The notes beneath the pieces are model-generated. The model was not told where the DNA came from. It did no database searches and saw only the letters and a list, made by a program, of their open reading frames with translations. Positions 18,830 to 29,734 of a stretch of DNA of 64,000 nucleotides are shown here, one piece after another (position 1 is the first letter of the stretch; the number at the start of each line of letters is the position of its first letter). Source of the DNA: an uncultured virus (IMG/VR IMGVR_UViG_3300020190_000031) (taxonomy: Duplodnaviria; Heunggongvirae; Uroviricota; Caudoviricetes); the IMG/VR virus record IMGVR_UViG_3300020190_000031; one strand, written 5' to 3'. The position numbers and the translations under genes were made by a program.

Positions 18830-19696
18830 ATGACAGTCATTTCACCAGATCTTTATAACGTATATAAAAAAATTGATGCACCGCTTAGTGGTGAAATTTT
18901 GTTGACAACTTCATTGCTGAGATTGCCTGAGAAATGCGAAACAATAATTTTTCATACAGCCCCTGCGGCAGGCGAACTATTACTTGATGGCCTGCCAATT
19001 GTTATCAAAGAGACTGAAATAACTAAAGCTGATATAATTTCAGGGCTATTAATTTGGGACACAACGACACCGGACACATCTGTACTTTTAGAAATAGATT
19101 ATTATGCATTTGATATTGATGGGGTTGTAATTTCTTTATTGCAGGTTTATTATCCAACTGATCTTGTTGCTGATGTCACTATAAATGTTATTGATGGAGG
19201 TAATCTGAATACCGGTGTTTCGAATGGTGGTGTTTCGCCAGATGCTGGTGATTTTGACACTGGTGTAACGGTAGCGAATGGTTATTCGTATAATGGTGGT
19301 GATTTTGACACAGGTGAGAGAGTTGGGATTGCTCCACCTCCTCCTAGTATCACAACATTCTACGAAGATGGAGAATTAGATACCGAAACGCAAAGTATTG
19401 TCTCACTACTTGACGAGAACCTTGAATTAATACCAACAATAAATCTTCCTAATGTTCAGTATTTCGCCAAAACAGTTGTAGATGTTGATTTCGAGTTTAC
19501 TTTAGATTTTACCCTTGAATTTCAAGTTAAATATGTTAGCAAGTATTTTGAAGGATTTGATTATGGATATCTAGCGCCTGACTTTGGTTATGATATTGAT
19601 TATGGCACAATTGGTGATGAAAACCAAGAAGGATATGATTTCAATAGTATAGAAAATTATATAGAGCCTACGCCGGCTTCAGGTGTTAGCCAATAG
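18830..19696 (+). CDS. Tail protein with DGG/DYG repeats
   Basis: IDGGNLNTG, DAGDFDTG, NGGDFDTG, FDYG, IDYG; ATG 18830. Confidence 0.6.
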   Translation: MTVISPDLYNVYKKIDAPLSGEILLTTSLLRLPEKCETIIFHTAPAAGELLLDGLPIVIKETEITKADIISGLLIWDTTTPDTSVLLEIDYYAFDIDGVVISLLQVYYPTDLVADVTINVIDGGNLNTGVSNGGVSPDAGDFDTGVTVANGYSYNGGDFDTGERVGIAPPPPSITTFYEDGELDTETQSIVSLLDENLELIPTINLPNVQYFAKTVVDVDFEFTLDFTLEFQVKYVSKYFEGFDYGYLAPDFGYDIDYGTIGDENQEGYDFNSIENYIEPTPASGVSQ

Positions 19697-19723
19697 GCAC
19701 ACTAGGTCAGGATTTCGGTCAAA

Positions 19724-20155
19724 ATGGCTTTAATATCTGAGGCCGAATTGACCTCTAGGATCAAAAAGATAACTGTTGATAGGACGTTTGAGGCTATATT
19801 ACTTAATAGTGCTGGACGACTTTTTTCTGCAGTAACCCCATATTCAACATTAATTCAGTATGAAGTTGCAAGCACTGCTGGAGGCTATGAAAGATTACAG
19901 TTTTCTTATACGAATGCCGATGTCAGCCTAGCTCCATTGGGAGCGAGCGCAATTACAAAATATATAACTTGGGTACATAATGGAAACTCAAATCCAATTA
20001 ATTTTGATACTATTCTCTTTGTTGAACGAATATTTGCCCAGCCGTTGCCCCAGTATAATGTTGTAGCCATACATTCGCTGGGGTTAGTTCATACCTTAAT
20101 TGATACTGGCGATAGAGCAAGGTTTGCATTTAGAGTGAATCTTAAAAACAAATGA
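19724..20155 (+). CDS. Putative tail protein
   Basis: In the tail module; late motif 19696-19704. Confidence 0.6.
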   Translation: MALISEAELTSRIKKITVDRTFEAILLNSAGRLFSAVTPYSTLIQYEVASTAGGYERLQFSYTNADVSLAPLGASAITKYITWVHNGNSNPINFDTILFVERIFAQPLPQYNVVAIHSLGLVHTLIDTGDRARFAFRVNLKNK

Positions 20156-20427
20156 GCATTCAAACTGGTAACACTTTAATTGATCTTTTAAATGAAACTG
20201 CAGCAACCAGTCGATTGAATACGATTGAAAGCGCCTTGACTGGTTCAGGATTTGGTCAGAAAAATTTTCGTGGTACTTGGAAGGGATATACATTGAATAA
20301 TCGGCCAACTGTTGAAGTTCAAGGTCGTGATTACAACGTAAGCGCAGTTGGTTTTTCAGGTCTTGCGCTTGGTAGTTCTGTTGCCGTTAGAGCAGGGAAG
20401 AATGTCCTGTCGGCCTCCTGGCGATAA
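20152..20427 (+). CDS. Small tail-associated protein
   Basis: G.WKGY......TVEV.G..Y.V motif similar to the N-terminus of the next gene (FWNGYNAKGIATVKKNGQIFPV). Confidence 0.55.
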   Translation: MSIQTGNTLIDLLNETAATSRLNTIESALTGSGFGQKNFRGTWKGYTLNNRPTVEVQGRDYNVSAVGFSGLALGSSVAVRAGKNVLSASWR

Positions 20428-23348
20428 TGAATCTATTTGATGAGATCTTAAGGAGGTCGGAACTCCTAGCGGCCCGCGCTAGGGCGATTATCAAAGCCGA
20501 TCTTGAAGCCAAAAGGATTGGCATTCCCGGTAAAGCTTTCTGGAATGGATACAATGCAAAGGGTATTGCGACAGTCAAGAAGAATGGTCAAATATTCCCT
20601 GTTAAAACAACCTCTACGATAAATATACCTATTGGCACAGAGGTCTATGTAGACGAAACTTTTACGGTTGAGTACAAATCGAATAACATAAAAGAAAAAA
20701 AGAAGCAAACGACAGCACCTGAGCCCAAGGACCTCAGAAGAGTCAAGAAGGTCCGTAAGCCCGTCCTTGGCAAACCGCTTGTAACCGAGGATGTTAGAGG
20801 CGCCTGCTGGCTCGTCTATCACGAATACCTAAGAGAATTAGACTGGACAACAGCATCTGGCGTGCAGACAAATCCATCATTTGCAGGTTATTCGTTATTT
20901 CTTGGAATTGTTGGATTAATTACCTTGGGAGGTGGCGTTCTTGCAGGCTTGATATTTTGGACGTTGTTTGAGCAGAAATTTGAGATTTTATTTGTACCAT
21001 TGGATACAATTGTTGAGCCATCGGACAATACATCATTGCCAGATGGCTACGAGGGCAATGAATGGACCTACTTTGCAATTATACAGGCAGCACTTGATCA
21101 TTATCAAGGCGGTAATTTTGGCTTTATGCCCTTGGACGGCGTTTTCATTGGAATCAATACTGCGCTTTCCAATACAATAACTTTTATCGGAAATCATTTG
21201 GGACTGCAGTTTACTTACAAATTCTTCCTGCGCCCTTGGACAATAAACTTTAATTCTGATAAAATTAATGCATTATTGACACATTTTGGACCATACAAAA
21301 TTCAAGCTCTAATAATAAGGGCTGTAGGGGTTTATCCACCAAAAAAATTTAAAATAAATTTTCATTCATGGGGTGTCCCCGAAGATGATATAAGCGATTT
21401 TGTACCTACTAATGATTATCAAGAATGGTTAGATGATTTACCGCCCATGAAATATGGGCAGTTTGTCATACCTGATAACATTACTGAATGGAATACAATT
21501 TTGGGAAATGGTTTGACAAATAGTAGCAATACAGTCGCCGATATAATACCTTATGAACTCATACCTTTTCACGAGTACTACTCTTTCGGAGATGAAGCGG
21601 CGCTGCAGGATCCGACTAAATTTGTTTCATATTCAGGTGATTCTGTCTTTTTGAATTATGTACTTAAGGCGTATGCCCCATGGACGGACCTGGATGACAG
21701 TTTGAGGATTAATTATTACATGCTTACCATAAGGGCTCAGAATCCTGCAGGTTCAAACAATATTGAATTTAGCTATAAACTAAGCCCATCAACATTCAAT
21801 CTGCCACCTGAACTTATTGTTCTGGGCCAGATCACAGTAGAAGACCCTCAATTTCCAATTCAAGCGGGCGAAAGAAATGTAGCGGAAATGAAAATCACAT
21901 ATACAATACAGGGGACAAACGATCCCGCAGAGTTCCCCGGCCCCGTCATAATCAACGCAGTCAAGGGTGAGGCAGAAAAAAGGGGATTGCTTACAGGCGT
22001 TGATGTGGATTCTTCGCCAATTACAAGAGATCCAGTTACTAACATAGCCCAGTATATTCCAGGTCAAAGTCTTACTTTTAATTTAAGTGGTCAACAAATT
22101 GATGGCCTTGTTATAAATTCAAATACAGGCGAATATATATTTGATCCAAATGTATCAGAATATTCAAGTTTTGGGCCGGGTACAGTTCTACAATTATTCA
22201 CAGAATATACTATAACGGAACCAGGGGGTGGAGGTGCAACTGGCATTATTCAAATCAATTACGTTGGCTCTAATAGTTCACTTGTAAACCCAAATCCATC
22301 ACCCCCTCCGGCAAAGGCTATCTCAGGCAACACGTCCACAACCCCTGCGCCCATTCAGGTTTGGGATCCTCCGCCAATTCTTGAATCTAATGCAACAGGG
22401 CAAGAGCAAATATTCAACAAAATAGAAGTATCAATACCTTTACCTGAACAGGATGACGAGGGTAACGTACTTGGTTGGCAGGGGCGAGTTGCCAGGGTCG
22501 AATTACAGGAGATTAGCGCACCAGAAATTAGGCTTGTTGTAGGGGAAAATACCTATTCAAATCCTTTTTTAGTTACCGCCAGTGATTTTATATTTTCAGC
22601 AGTTACTGATGCCACGAGGTTTGGCAATGCAAAAAATGTTTTAACTGATTTTACAATCAAGAAAAACAATTATGATTTTCTAGGTCCTAATATGCAGCTA
22701 AAGATAACTTACACAATAAAGGGTTTGGTAAACAATGCACCATTCGTCGGGAATTTTGAAGATCTTTCAACATTCCAACAAAGAAAATTACGGAGTGATA
22801 TGGTTCGATTTGCATTTGGAGAGGACTGGAGATCTAAAATTTATAATGCAAGAACCGAAACAAGTCCTAACTCAATGTTTCATGAAGTACTTGGTGATTC
22901 GCCAACGAGAGATGAGGACATTCCTCTCCTTAACATTGATGAATCAACAAGGACTGTATCAACTGATTTCTTTTATGAATTTGACTGGTATGATGAAACA
23001 ATCACAAATCCAAAACAATTATTAGATGGCAATCATAGTCTTCAAAATCCCGAAGATGCCGTCGTATATATGACGGGATCGTTTCTTTATGAATATGACA
23101 CAGCAGCAAAGGAGCTCTTGTTTTATTTGCCACAAAATGGAGAAAAAGGAGAGCCGTTGGATTACGAATCTTTGATGGAAATATTAAGGCAAAATGGACA
23201 GGCGGTACGCGTAAAGGATTATTGGCGTTGGGACATGTTGCCATCTCACACTGATCGGGCTGATGTAACCGGGGCGAAATGGAGGGTGGATCGAGATAAT
23301 AGTGCTACTAAGAAAGCTTATTTAATATTTGGTTTTCTCGGTAGGTAG
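20427..23348 (+). CDS. Large tail protein with a VCBS-like repeat and a hydrophobic segment
   Basis: 973 aa; ITYTIQGTNDP...LTGVDVD...GLVINSNTGEYIFDP; TM-like stretch near aa 155-180. Confidence 0.6.
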   Translation: MNLFDEILRRSELLAARARAIIKADLEAKRIGIPGKAFWNGYNAKGIATVKKNGQIFPVKTTSTINIPIGTEVYVDETFTVEYKSNNIKEKKKQTTAPEPKDLRRVKKVRKPVLGKPLVTEDVRGACWLVYHEYLRELDWTTASGVQTNPSFAGYSLFLGIVGLITLGGGVLAGLIFWTLFEQKFEILFVPLDTIVEPSDNTSLPDGYEGNEWTYFAIIQAALDHYQGGNFGFMPLDGVFIGINTALSNTITFIGNHLGLQFTYKFFLRPWTINFNSDKINALLTHFGPYKIQALIIRAVGVYPPKKFKINFHSWGVPEDDISDFVPTNDYQEWLDDLPPMKYGQFVIPDNITEWNTILGNGLTNSSNTVADIIPYELIPFHEYYSFGDEAALQDPTKFVSYSGDSVFLNYVLKAYAPWTDLDDSLRINYYMLTIRAQNPAGSNNIEFSYKLSPSTFNLPPELIVLGQITVEDPQFPIQAGERNVAEMKITYTIQGTNDPAEFPGPVIINAVKGEAEKRGLLTGVDVDSSPITRDPVTNIAQYIPGQSLTFNLSGQQIDGLVINSNTGEYIFDPNVSEYSSFGPGTVLQLFTEYTITEPGGGGATGIIQINYVGSNSSLVNPNPSPPPAKAISGNTSTTPAPIQVWDPPPILESNATGQEQIFNKIEVSIPLPEQDDEGNVLGWQGRVARVELQEISAPEIRLVVGENTYSNPFLVTASDFIFSAVTDATRFGNAKNVLTDFTIKKNNYDFLGPNMQLKITYTIKGLVNNAPFVGNFEDLSTFQQRKLRSDMVRFAFGEDWRSKIYNARTETSPNSMFHEVLGDSPTRDEDIPLLNIDESTRTVSTDFFYEFDWYDETITNPKQLLDGNHSLQNPEDAVVYMTGSFLYEYDTAAKELLFYLPQNGEKGEPLDYESLMEILRQNGQAVRVKDYWRWDMLPSHTDRADVTGAKWRVDRDNSATKKAYLIFGFLGR

Positions 23349-23381
23349 TAGCGGTATCCTAATGGGAGATTGGCTTTATGA

Positions 23382-26300
23382 ATGGCACTACAGTTTCGGA
23401 AGGTATTAGAGGTTGATCGTCTTACCTTCACGCCTGTAGCTGGAGAACCTGTATACACTTTTGATGAAAAAAAATTATATATTGGTGATGGGACAACGGT
23501 TGGTGGTGTAAATATTGTATCAAATATAACAGTTCAGGATTTCCTTGATGCAGAATTGGATGAAGAAGATCTAGTAGATGGATCTTTTATCTATTATGAT
23601 GACGAGCAAAATAAATGGAGGATCGGTCTTCCTTCAATTTTGACATCTGATTTGGATGATGTAACAGAAGCTCAGAATATTGAAACCGACTTCATGATTG
23701 TTTATGATGCCACAACAAATAAATGGATTGTTCAGGATCAATTACCAAAGGCATTATCTGATGTAATAGGCATTGATATTGACGAAAACTTAACAGCAAC
23801 CAGTGTATTGGAATACAACAATACTACTGAAAATTTTGAATCCAAACCCTTACCCAATAAGCCGAATATCGGTGACTTGCTTGGTGTGCAAATTAACGGC
23901 ACTGCCAAAAGGGGTCAACTTTTATTTCAGGACGAAATTACTGGTGAATTTAGCAATCAGTACATAGACAATCATACTGGCACTGATTATTATGCTAATC
24001 TGTTTAATTATGCAGACAAAGATATTATAAAATATAATTCAACATCTGGCTTTTTTGAAAAAAGCACGCCATTTTTAAAGGATATAGAGCTTGTTAGTCT
24101 GAGTGGTTTAAATGAAGCTGAACCACCTGAAATAATTATACCTGTGAAGGTTGTTGGTGATAAATTTGTTTTCAATGATGTTCAGGTAGCCCCTCAGCTA
24201 CAGGTCTCTAATAAGAGGATTACTGTTTTTAATTTATCAGATCCCAGCCTTCTGGGAAAAACATTTAATTTTTCAGAAGTACCTGATGGCACTCACAGTT
24301 TAGATCCCGTTGGTTCTATTCTACAAAGGACATCAATTACTATTACCGGAACGCCTGGCATTGATGGCACCGCTAGACTTGATTTCAGAACGTCGGGCGT
24401 TATATTACCCCCTACAGAATTTTACTATTTCTGTCCCGAAGAGCCTGAGTTTGGTAATAAAATTAGCAGATATGATCCCCCAGCACCATTGCCATTTGTT
24501 GTTCAATGGCAATCAAGCCCTGAGACATTTAATACACATAGATTTAATTATTCGCTTGATAATTTAGGTGATGTTTTAGTGACAGCAGATGAAGATGGCA
24601 CATTGGCTAACTTCCAAATGCTTAGCTGGGATGCCGGTCTGCAAAAATGGACCACACCATTAGATCGTGTTGCCGGCATTGGGATTGGCGGCGAATTACC
24701 AAGAACCAGAACTCAGTATTCAAACGCTATGTGGGCTGGTGGAGTTACGGGTCTAGGGACTTTTGATTTCACTCTTGAAGAGGGAACAGAACTTAAAAGC
24801 ATAAAGATTAACCTTGATGAATTAGAAATAGAAGGACAGGAAGAGGGGTTTGACGCATATTTCTTCGAAACCAAGGAAGAGCGCGAAGAATTCATGGAGG
24901 CCGTTGAAGAAGCTGAACGGGCCCTTGGTCCTGGAGGTGTTATATCCAGGGCAGTTGTTGATGCGCTTGCTAAGGAAAAAAATGGCAAGGTTGCTCGCAT
25001 GCTAAGTAATAAAAAAGAATACACGAGGGTCGGTAAATCTGCCATACCGAAGGCTGTTTTAGAGGCGTCGGGTTCTGGCCCACCGGCCGGCGGTGGCGGT
25101 GGTGGTGGCCTGGGCGATTTTGGTGGTCTTATGGGTGCACTTGGCGACCTGGGCGGCCTCGGCGATGGCGGCGGCGGCGGTGGGTTGCCGGAAGGGGCCT
25201 TAGAGCCTGGACTGGATGAATTAACATCACCAATTCCAAATCCAGAAGAACAGGCAGAGGAATTCAAAAAACATTACAAGGAATTTGGCAACAATGTAAA
25301 GAAAATTTTTGGTGCCATGATGGCAAAAAGGCGTCTTTTAAAGGAGTTAATGCCTGAAACATTGGGAGGGTCAGGAGGTGGGCTTAACATTGAAATTGAA
25401 ACCTTTGATCCAACCGGGGCTTCTAGCCAAGATAAACCGCCAATTATGTTTGGCTGGAGAGCCAGTACAGATATCTATGGCTACTATTATTTCACCTACA
25501 CACAAAGGGCTTCTGCCTTAACATATAATAGTCGCAATCATCATTTGATTGTTCAATCTTATATGAGACGTTGTGCCTGTACGGTGCTTAGGCAAAACAC
25601 ATTTAAGGTTGTTTATTACTATGATGCAGATGATTCAAGATTTATGGCTGGTCAATGGCTTAGAATAGTAGAATGGCAGAATCCTGTTTCTCTTTACACA
25701 GGTTTACTGGAAGAATTGCCCTCTACTACAATCAGGGAGAATCTTGATGAATGGGATCCGGGCACAATTTACAGGAAGGAATCCAGGGTTATTCATAATG
25801 ATAAAGTTTGGGAGTGTTTGGTTGAGACTTCGGAAGCATCACCGCCTGCAGCGGGAACTGTTTTAGCTCCTGAAATCGTAAATGGTGAATTCGTAAGTAT
25901 GTTTGTTGAGATACCAGCGTTCAGTGTGAAATCACAACTATTTGAGGGTGTTTACCAGCAAAGATGCACACTTGGCAAGGATAGCTTTGGCGGGAAAACA
26001 CATCCTGTTTTTAGATTCGGAGAGCCTGGCGACGAGGCTGATTATATTTATGTTGGGGCAAATTTGGTCAAGTACAACGAACCAAGCCAAATCAGAGATA
26101 CTCCTAATCCTGTAAATATCACGATTCAGAGTAAGGTCAATCATCGGACAAATCTTTCAGCGGGTAATTATGATATCGGCGTAATTCTTTACGATATCAA
26201 CGTTCACTCTGCTTTGCAACATTTAATGGTGGGTGAATTTCAAACTTTTAACATTGAGAAAAGATTAGGAGAATGTAATTTAGGGGCAACTCAGTATCAG

Positions 26301-29300
26301 TTCCAAGCGGAGTCGGCTTTTGCTTTATCAAAAGGCAACAGTTCTGGTGCAACACAGGCCTCTACTGTTCCTGGCGCGGCTCCCGCAGGTATCGTTTGTT
26401 ATCGAGGTATATTTAGGCCTTATGGTAATCAAGGGTATTTTATAGATGGATTGAATGTAAATGCTGTAAATGGTGCAGCTTCATTTAATCTTGATGGCAA
26501 TTTACATGTTGATTCATCTCCACAACCGCCTGGCTATACATTCTTAGAAAATTTGCCAAGGCCAACACTTGATGCCCAAGGTACGGGAGCTGCATTTATT
26601 TCTAATTTCTTTACCTGGCGTAAGACTGATTATAGTGATTTTGTATTCTATTTACCCAAGAGCCTTGGTGGTGGTAAGGATGCACTCTTAGGCGACCGAA
26701 TCAAATACAGAAATGTGCCCAATACTAGTTCACTGGTAGTACCCAGTGTGGGGTCTCCATTTGCCAGCCCAATCAATCAAGTATTGGGTGAGAATGGTCC
26801 ATTTAATATGAATTTACAACCTTTAAATGGAAGTCAACATGTGTTTGGGGCGCGTTATTGCGTCAAACGCCGTGGTGCATCTTTAACTCCCGCTACACAA
26901 AAGACAGGTGAAAAAGAATTAGGTACTATTACAGATGCCAATGGAAATGTCATTGCTAGTAATGTTGAACAATCTGCGGCCCAGCCGGGACAGACATGGA
27001 CATATGACAAAACAGTTGATATAGTGCAAGTTGTTCCTGGTAATACTAGGGAATCTGGTGAGGCTGGTACAGCAACAACAAGTCTTTCGAGGATAGTTGG
27101 AAGTAAGTCTGCTGTCTGCATTGGTTTATGCGATGAAAGTAATTTATTGAGTGGCGGTCATTATCCTTACGATACCTGGAATAATTTCAGGGATCAATTC
27201 CCTGCTAGACCACATTTCATATTAGTGCCAAGTGAGCAACAAAAAATACACACAGATCCATTCCCGAATTCAACATTGGATTATGGATCTCTTGCTGGTG
27301 TACAAAATCCCACAAATAGTTCTAACCTGAATGGTGTAATTGTTGCCACAATTCCTCCGCAAGGTAATGGCACAGGTACTGTCGCGGTTAGGTACATCAA
27401 CACTACCAGCTATAAAGAAACAGGAGCAATTGATATTCCGGACAACAAGGAGATACACATTATAAGGTATCCAAAGGGTCATCATGGTGGCCTCTGGTCA
27501 CTGTGGTCTTATGAGTGGAGGTACGAAGATAATGGTAGTTTTGTGACTGGAGCTATTCGCGAAATGAACAATGTTGGCGGTCAAGTTGCTCCAGTCGATA
27601 TTGCTTACGAATCTGCTGATAATAGTTGGGCCTCTGTGGCTTGGTCTCCTGTGCTATCAAGATATGTAGCTGCCGGCAATCTTAACTATTTAAACGACTT
27701 TATGTACAGCCCAAACGGAAAGGGATGGACGGGTATTACAACTTCTGTTCCTATAGATTTCGGTACTGCTAACGTAAATAACGGCAGGAACACAAGTATT
27801 CTTTGGGCCTCACACCTAAATAAATTTGTAGTATTTGGTGGTGTTGAAGGGCCTGGCGCTTATAACTTTATTGCTACAAGCTCCTACGGGACAGAGTGGA
27901 GTCAGGTATCTCTCAGTGCGGGTCCCCAGGGCGCACCGGGTGGCAGTGGGCCGTGGACAAAACCTATCACATGTGCTGCTTATTCGCCTCAATTGCAACT
28001 GATTGTTGCCCTGGCCCCCAATACCGGGAGTCCTTACTCAGCACTTCTAAGTACAAATGGTGCAACATGGACTCATGCGGTGATACCTGACAGCTCAACT
28101 TTAAATTGGAATGCAATTTGCTGGTCGCCTGAAAAGAATTTATTTGTTGCAGTCCATGATACAGCCAACAACTTAAATACTCCAGTGATGACAAGTCCTG
28201 ATGGTGTTAATTGGACTAAAAGGACTGTTCAGGGTACGAATAATTGCCAGTTCAAATCAATTGTTTGGGCAAAGGAGATCGGACTTTTTGTCGCGATAGG
28301 TACCTATGGCAACGGTGGCGTCGATGTCATTACAAGTCCTGATGGTATTGATTGGACAGCAAGGTCTACGAATACATATGTACAGTGGAAATCAATTGCT
28401 TACTCACCAAAACTAGCATTACTTGTTGCTGTCAGCTCTCAATCAAATGTAAATAGTATTGCAACAAGCAAGGATGGAATTGCATGGACAATAGTAAATG
28501 GTGTAGCAACTGAAGGTAAATGGCAATCAGTAATCTGGAATCCAGACAGAGAAGAATTTTTGGCTGTTGGTGCAGGCGGCACAGGCGATAGAGTGCTGAC
28601 AAGCCGTGATGGTCGAACATGGAGAACACAAACAAGCGTTTCTTATCCACCTTCAGGAGCATTCGGTACTAATATTGAATGGCGGCATATACCCAACCCT
28701 AATAATCTTACTCAATATACACTTATTACGCCCGGGGCTGCACCATATATAGAAACATATAATCCGATTAGTGTCAATCAAAAAAGCTCCTTGCCTCTTA
28801 CCTATTCATGGAACGCTGTTGCATCGAGTGGTTTAACTGGTTATGTACCATCGTGGAGCACCGAAGCGACCCCCTTCTTCAAAGGTAATTTAGTATGGAT
28901 TGCCGATCCTGCATTTGACAACCTTGGTGAACCTAAAAGGATGCTTAGCTTGGAATCAGAAGAGATTACTATTTCATATAATATAAGAATACCTGCCGGA
29001 ATTGAAACTTTAACTCAAAACCTAAAACTTAGAGCAGCCAGTGATAATGAGGTGACTATTCAAATTTTAAATCCAATAACAAATGTAACTAATACAATTA
29101 TGACCGCAATTGGTTTTACAACTGATACTATTTTAAATATTCCAGCCAATATGTTTGAGACTTATTTCAGCCCACAGCAAGTTCATGATCAAAATAAATG
29201 GTTGACACTTATTGTTAAATCAAGAAATGTACCAAGGCTAGGCCAACCTCCAACTCAAAAATGGATAGAGAATCCATCGGCTTTTGCATTATCGATAAGT

Positions 29301-29702
29301 GCAAATGTTTTTGGAACAGACTATAATATTTTTAATGCAAAAGAATGGTCAAATATTCGTCATCTCACTTATGGTCAATCGCTGCATAATCAGGTCGGTA
29401 ATCCTTGGAATAGGATGATTGAAGCCGCAAAGGGTATTCCAAGTTACGGACCATATGCAGTCACAAGAGATCATGGCTCAGAAGGTAATATAACAGATTG
29501 GTTTGAACTGTGTGGCCTGCAAACTAAACCAGCAGGTACAATTATAGGTTTATTCATTGATAGATCTGGGTCCATGACTCAAGGCACAGTTCAAGCATCT
29601 TATTCATATTTTTATCAAAGATGTCAACAAGCCGGATTAATTATCAATGAGGTACAAAATGGGAATGAAGACTGGATAACTCCATTTATTGCTGAAATTT
29701 AG
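23382..29702 (+). CDS. Giant tail fibre/adhesin (Mtd_N-like N-terminus, beta-propeller, VWA-like C-terminus)
   Basis: GEPVYTFDEKKLYIGDG; L.DV..W repeats; TSPDG..WT Asp-box repeats; IDRSGSM. Confidence 0.75.
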   Translation: MALQFRKVLEVDRLTFTPVAGEPVYTFDEKKLYIGDGTTVGGVNIVSNITVQDFLDAELDEEDLVDGSFIYYDDEQNKWRIGLPSILTSDLDDVTEAQNIETDFMIVYDATTNKWIVQDQLPKALSDVIGIDIDENLTATSVLEYNNTTENFESKPLPNKPNIGDLLGVQINGTAKRGQLLFQDEITGEFSNQYIDNHTGTDYYANLFNYADKDIIKYNSTSGFFEKSTPFLKDIELVSLSGLNEAEPPEIIIPVKVVGDKFVFNDVQVAPQLQVSNKRITVFNLSDPSLLGKTFNFSEVPDGTHSLDPVGSILQRTSITITGTPGIDGTARLDFRTSGVILPPTEFYYFCPEEPEFGNKISRYDPPAPLPFVVQWQSSPETFNTHRFNYSLDNLGDVLVTADEDGTLANFQMLSWDAGLQKWTTPLDRVAGIGIGGELPRTRTQYSNAMWAGGVTGLGTFDFTLEEGTELKSIKINLDELEIEGQEEGFDAYFFETKEEREEFMEAVEEAERALGPGGVISRAVVDALAKEKNGKVARMLSNKKEYTRVGKSAIPKAVLEASGSGPPAGGGGGGGLGDFGGLMGALGDLGGLGDGGGGGGLPEGALEPGLDELTSPIPNPEEQAEEFKKHYKEFGNNVKKIFGAMMAKRRLLKELMPETLGGSGGGLNIEIETFDPTGASSQDKPPIMFGWRASTDIYGYYYFTYTQRASALTYNSRNHHLIVQSYMRRCACTVLRQNTFKVVYYYDADDSRFMAGQWLRIVEWQNPVSLYTGLLEELPSTTIRENLDEWDPGTIYRKESRVIHNDKVWECLVETSEASPPAAGTVLAPEIVNGEFVSMFVEIPAFSVKSQLFEGVYQQRCTLGKDSFGGKTHPVFRFGEPGDEADYIYVGANLVKYNEPSQIRDTPNPVNITIQSKVNHRTNLSAGNYDIGVILYDINVHSALQHLMVGEFQTFNIEKRLGECNLGATQYQFQAESAFALSKGNSSGATQASTVPGAAPAGIVCYRGIFRPYGNQGYFIDGLNVNAVNGAASFNLDGNLHVDSSPQPPGYTFLENLPRPTLDAQGTGAAFISNFFTWRKTDYSDFVFYLPKSLGGGKDALLGDRIKYRNVPNTSSLVVPSVGSPFASPINQVLGENGPFNMNLQPLNGSQHVFGARYCVKRRGASLTPATQKTGEKELGTITDANGNVIASNVEQSAAQPGQTWTYDKTVDIVQVVPGNTRESGEAGTATTSLSRIVGSKSAVCIGLCDESNLLSGGHYPYDTWNNFRDQFPARPHFILVPSEQQKIHTDPFPNSTLDYGSLAGVQNPTNSSNLNGVIVATIPPQGNGTGTVAVRYINTTSYKETGAIDIPDNKEIHIIRYPKGHHGGLWSLWSYEWRYEDNGSFVTGAIREMNNVGGQVAPVDIAYESADNSWASVAWSPVLSRYVAAGNLNYLNDFMYSPNGKGWTGITTSVPIDFGTANVNNGRNTSILWASHLNKFVVFGGVEGPGAYNFIATSSYGTEWSQVSLSAGPQGAPGGSGPWTKPITCAAYSPQLQLIVALAPNTGSPYSALLSTNGATWTHAVIPDSSTLNWNAICWSPEKNLFVAVHDTANNLNTPVMTSPDGVNWTKRTVQGTNNCQFKSIVWAKEIGLFVAIGTYGNGGVDVITSPDGIDWTARSTNTYVQWKSIAYSPKLALLVAVSSQSNVNSIATSKDGIAWTIVNGVATEGKWQSVIWNPDREEFLAVGAGGTGDRVLTSRDGRTWRTQTSVSYPPSGAFGTNIEWRHIPNPNNLTQYTLITPGAAPYIETYNPISVNQKSSLPLTYSWNAVASSGLTGYVPSWSTEATPFFKGNLVWIADPAFDNLGEPKRMLSLESEEITISYNIRIPAGIETLTQNLKLRAASDNEVTIQILNPITNVTNTIMTAIGFTTDTILNIPANMFETYFSPQQVHDQNKWLTLIVKSRNVPRLGQPPTQKWIENPSAFALSISANVFGTDYNIFNAKEWSNIRHLTYGQSLHNQVGNPWNRMIEAAKGIPSYGPYAVTRDHGSEGNITDWFELCGLQTKPAGTIIGLFIDRSGSMTQGTVQASYSYFYQRCQQAGLIINEVQNGNEDWITPFIAEI

Positions 29703-29734
29703 GAAGGGAATACTATCTTGACTTAGGATTCGCC

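Noticed and set aside
24713..25267. 184-aa Pro-rich minus-strand ORF, and other antisense or nested ORFs in the track
   Set aside because: Shadow of the poly-Gly region or codon bias of the real plus-strand genes
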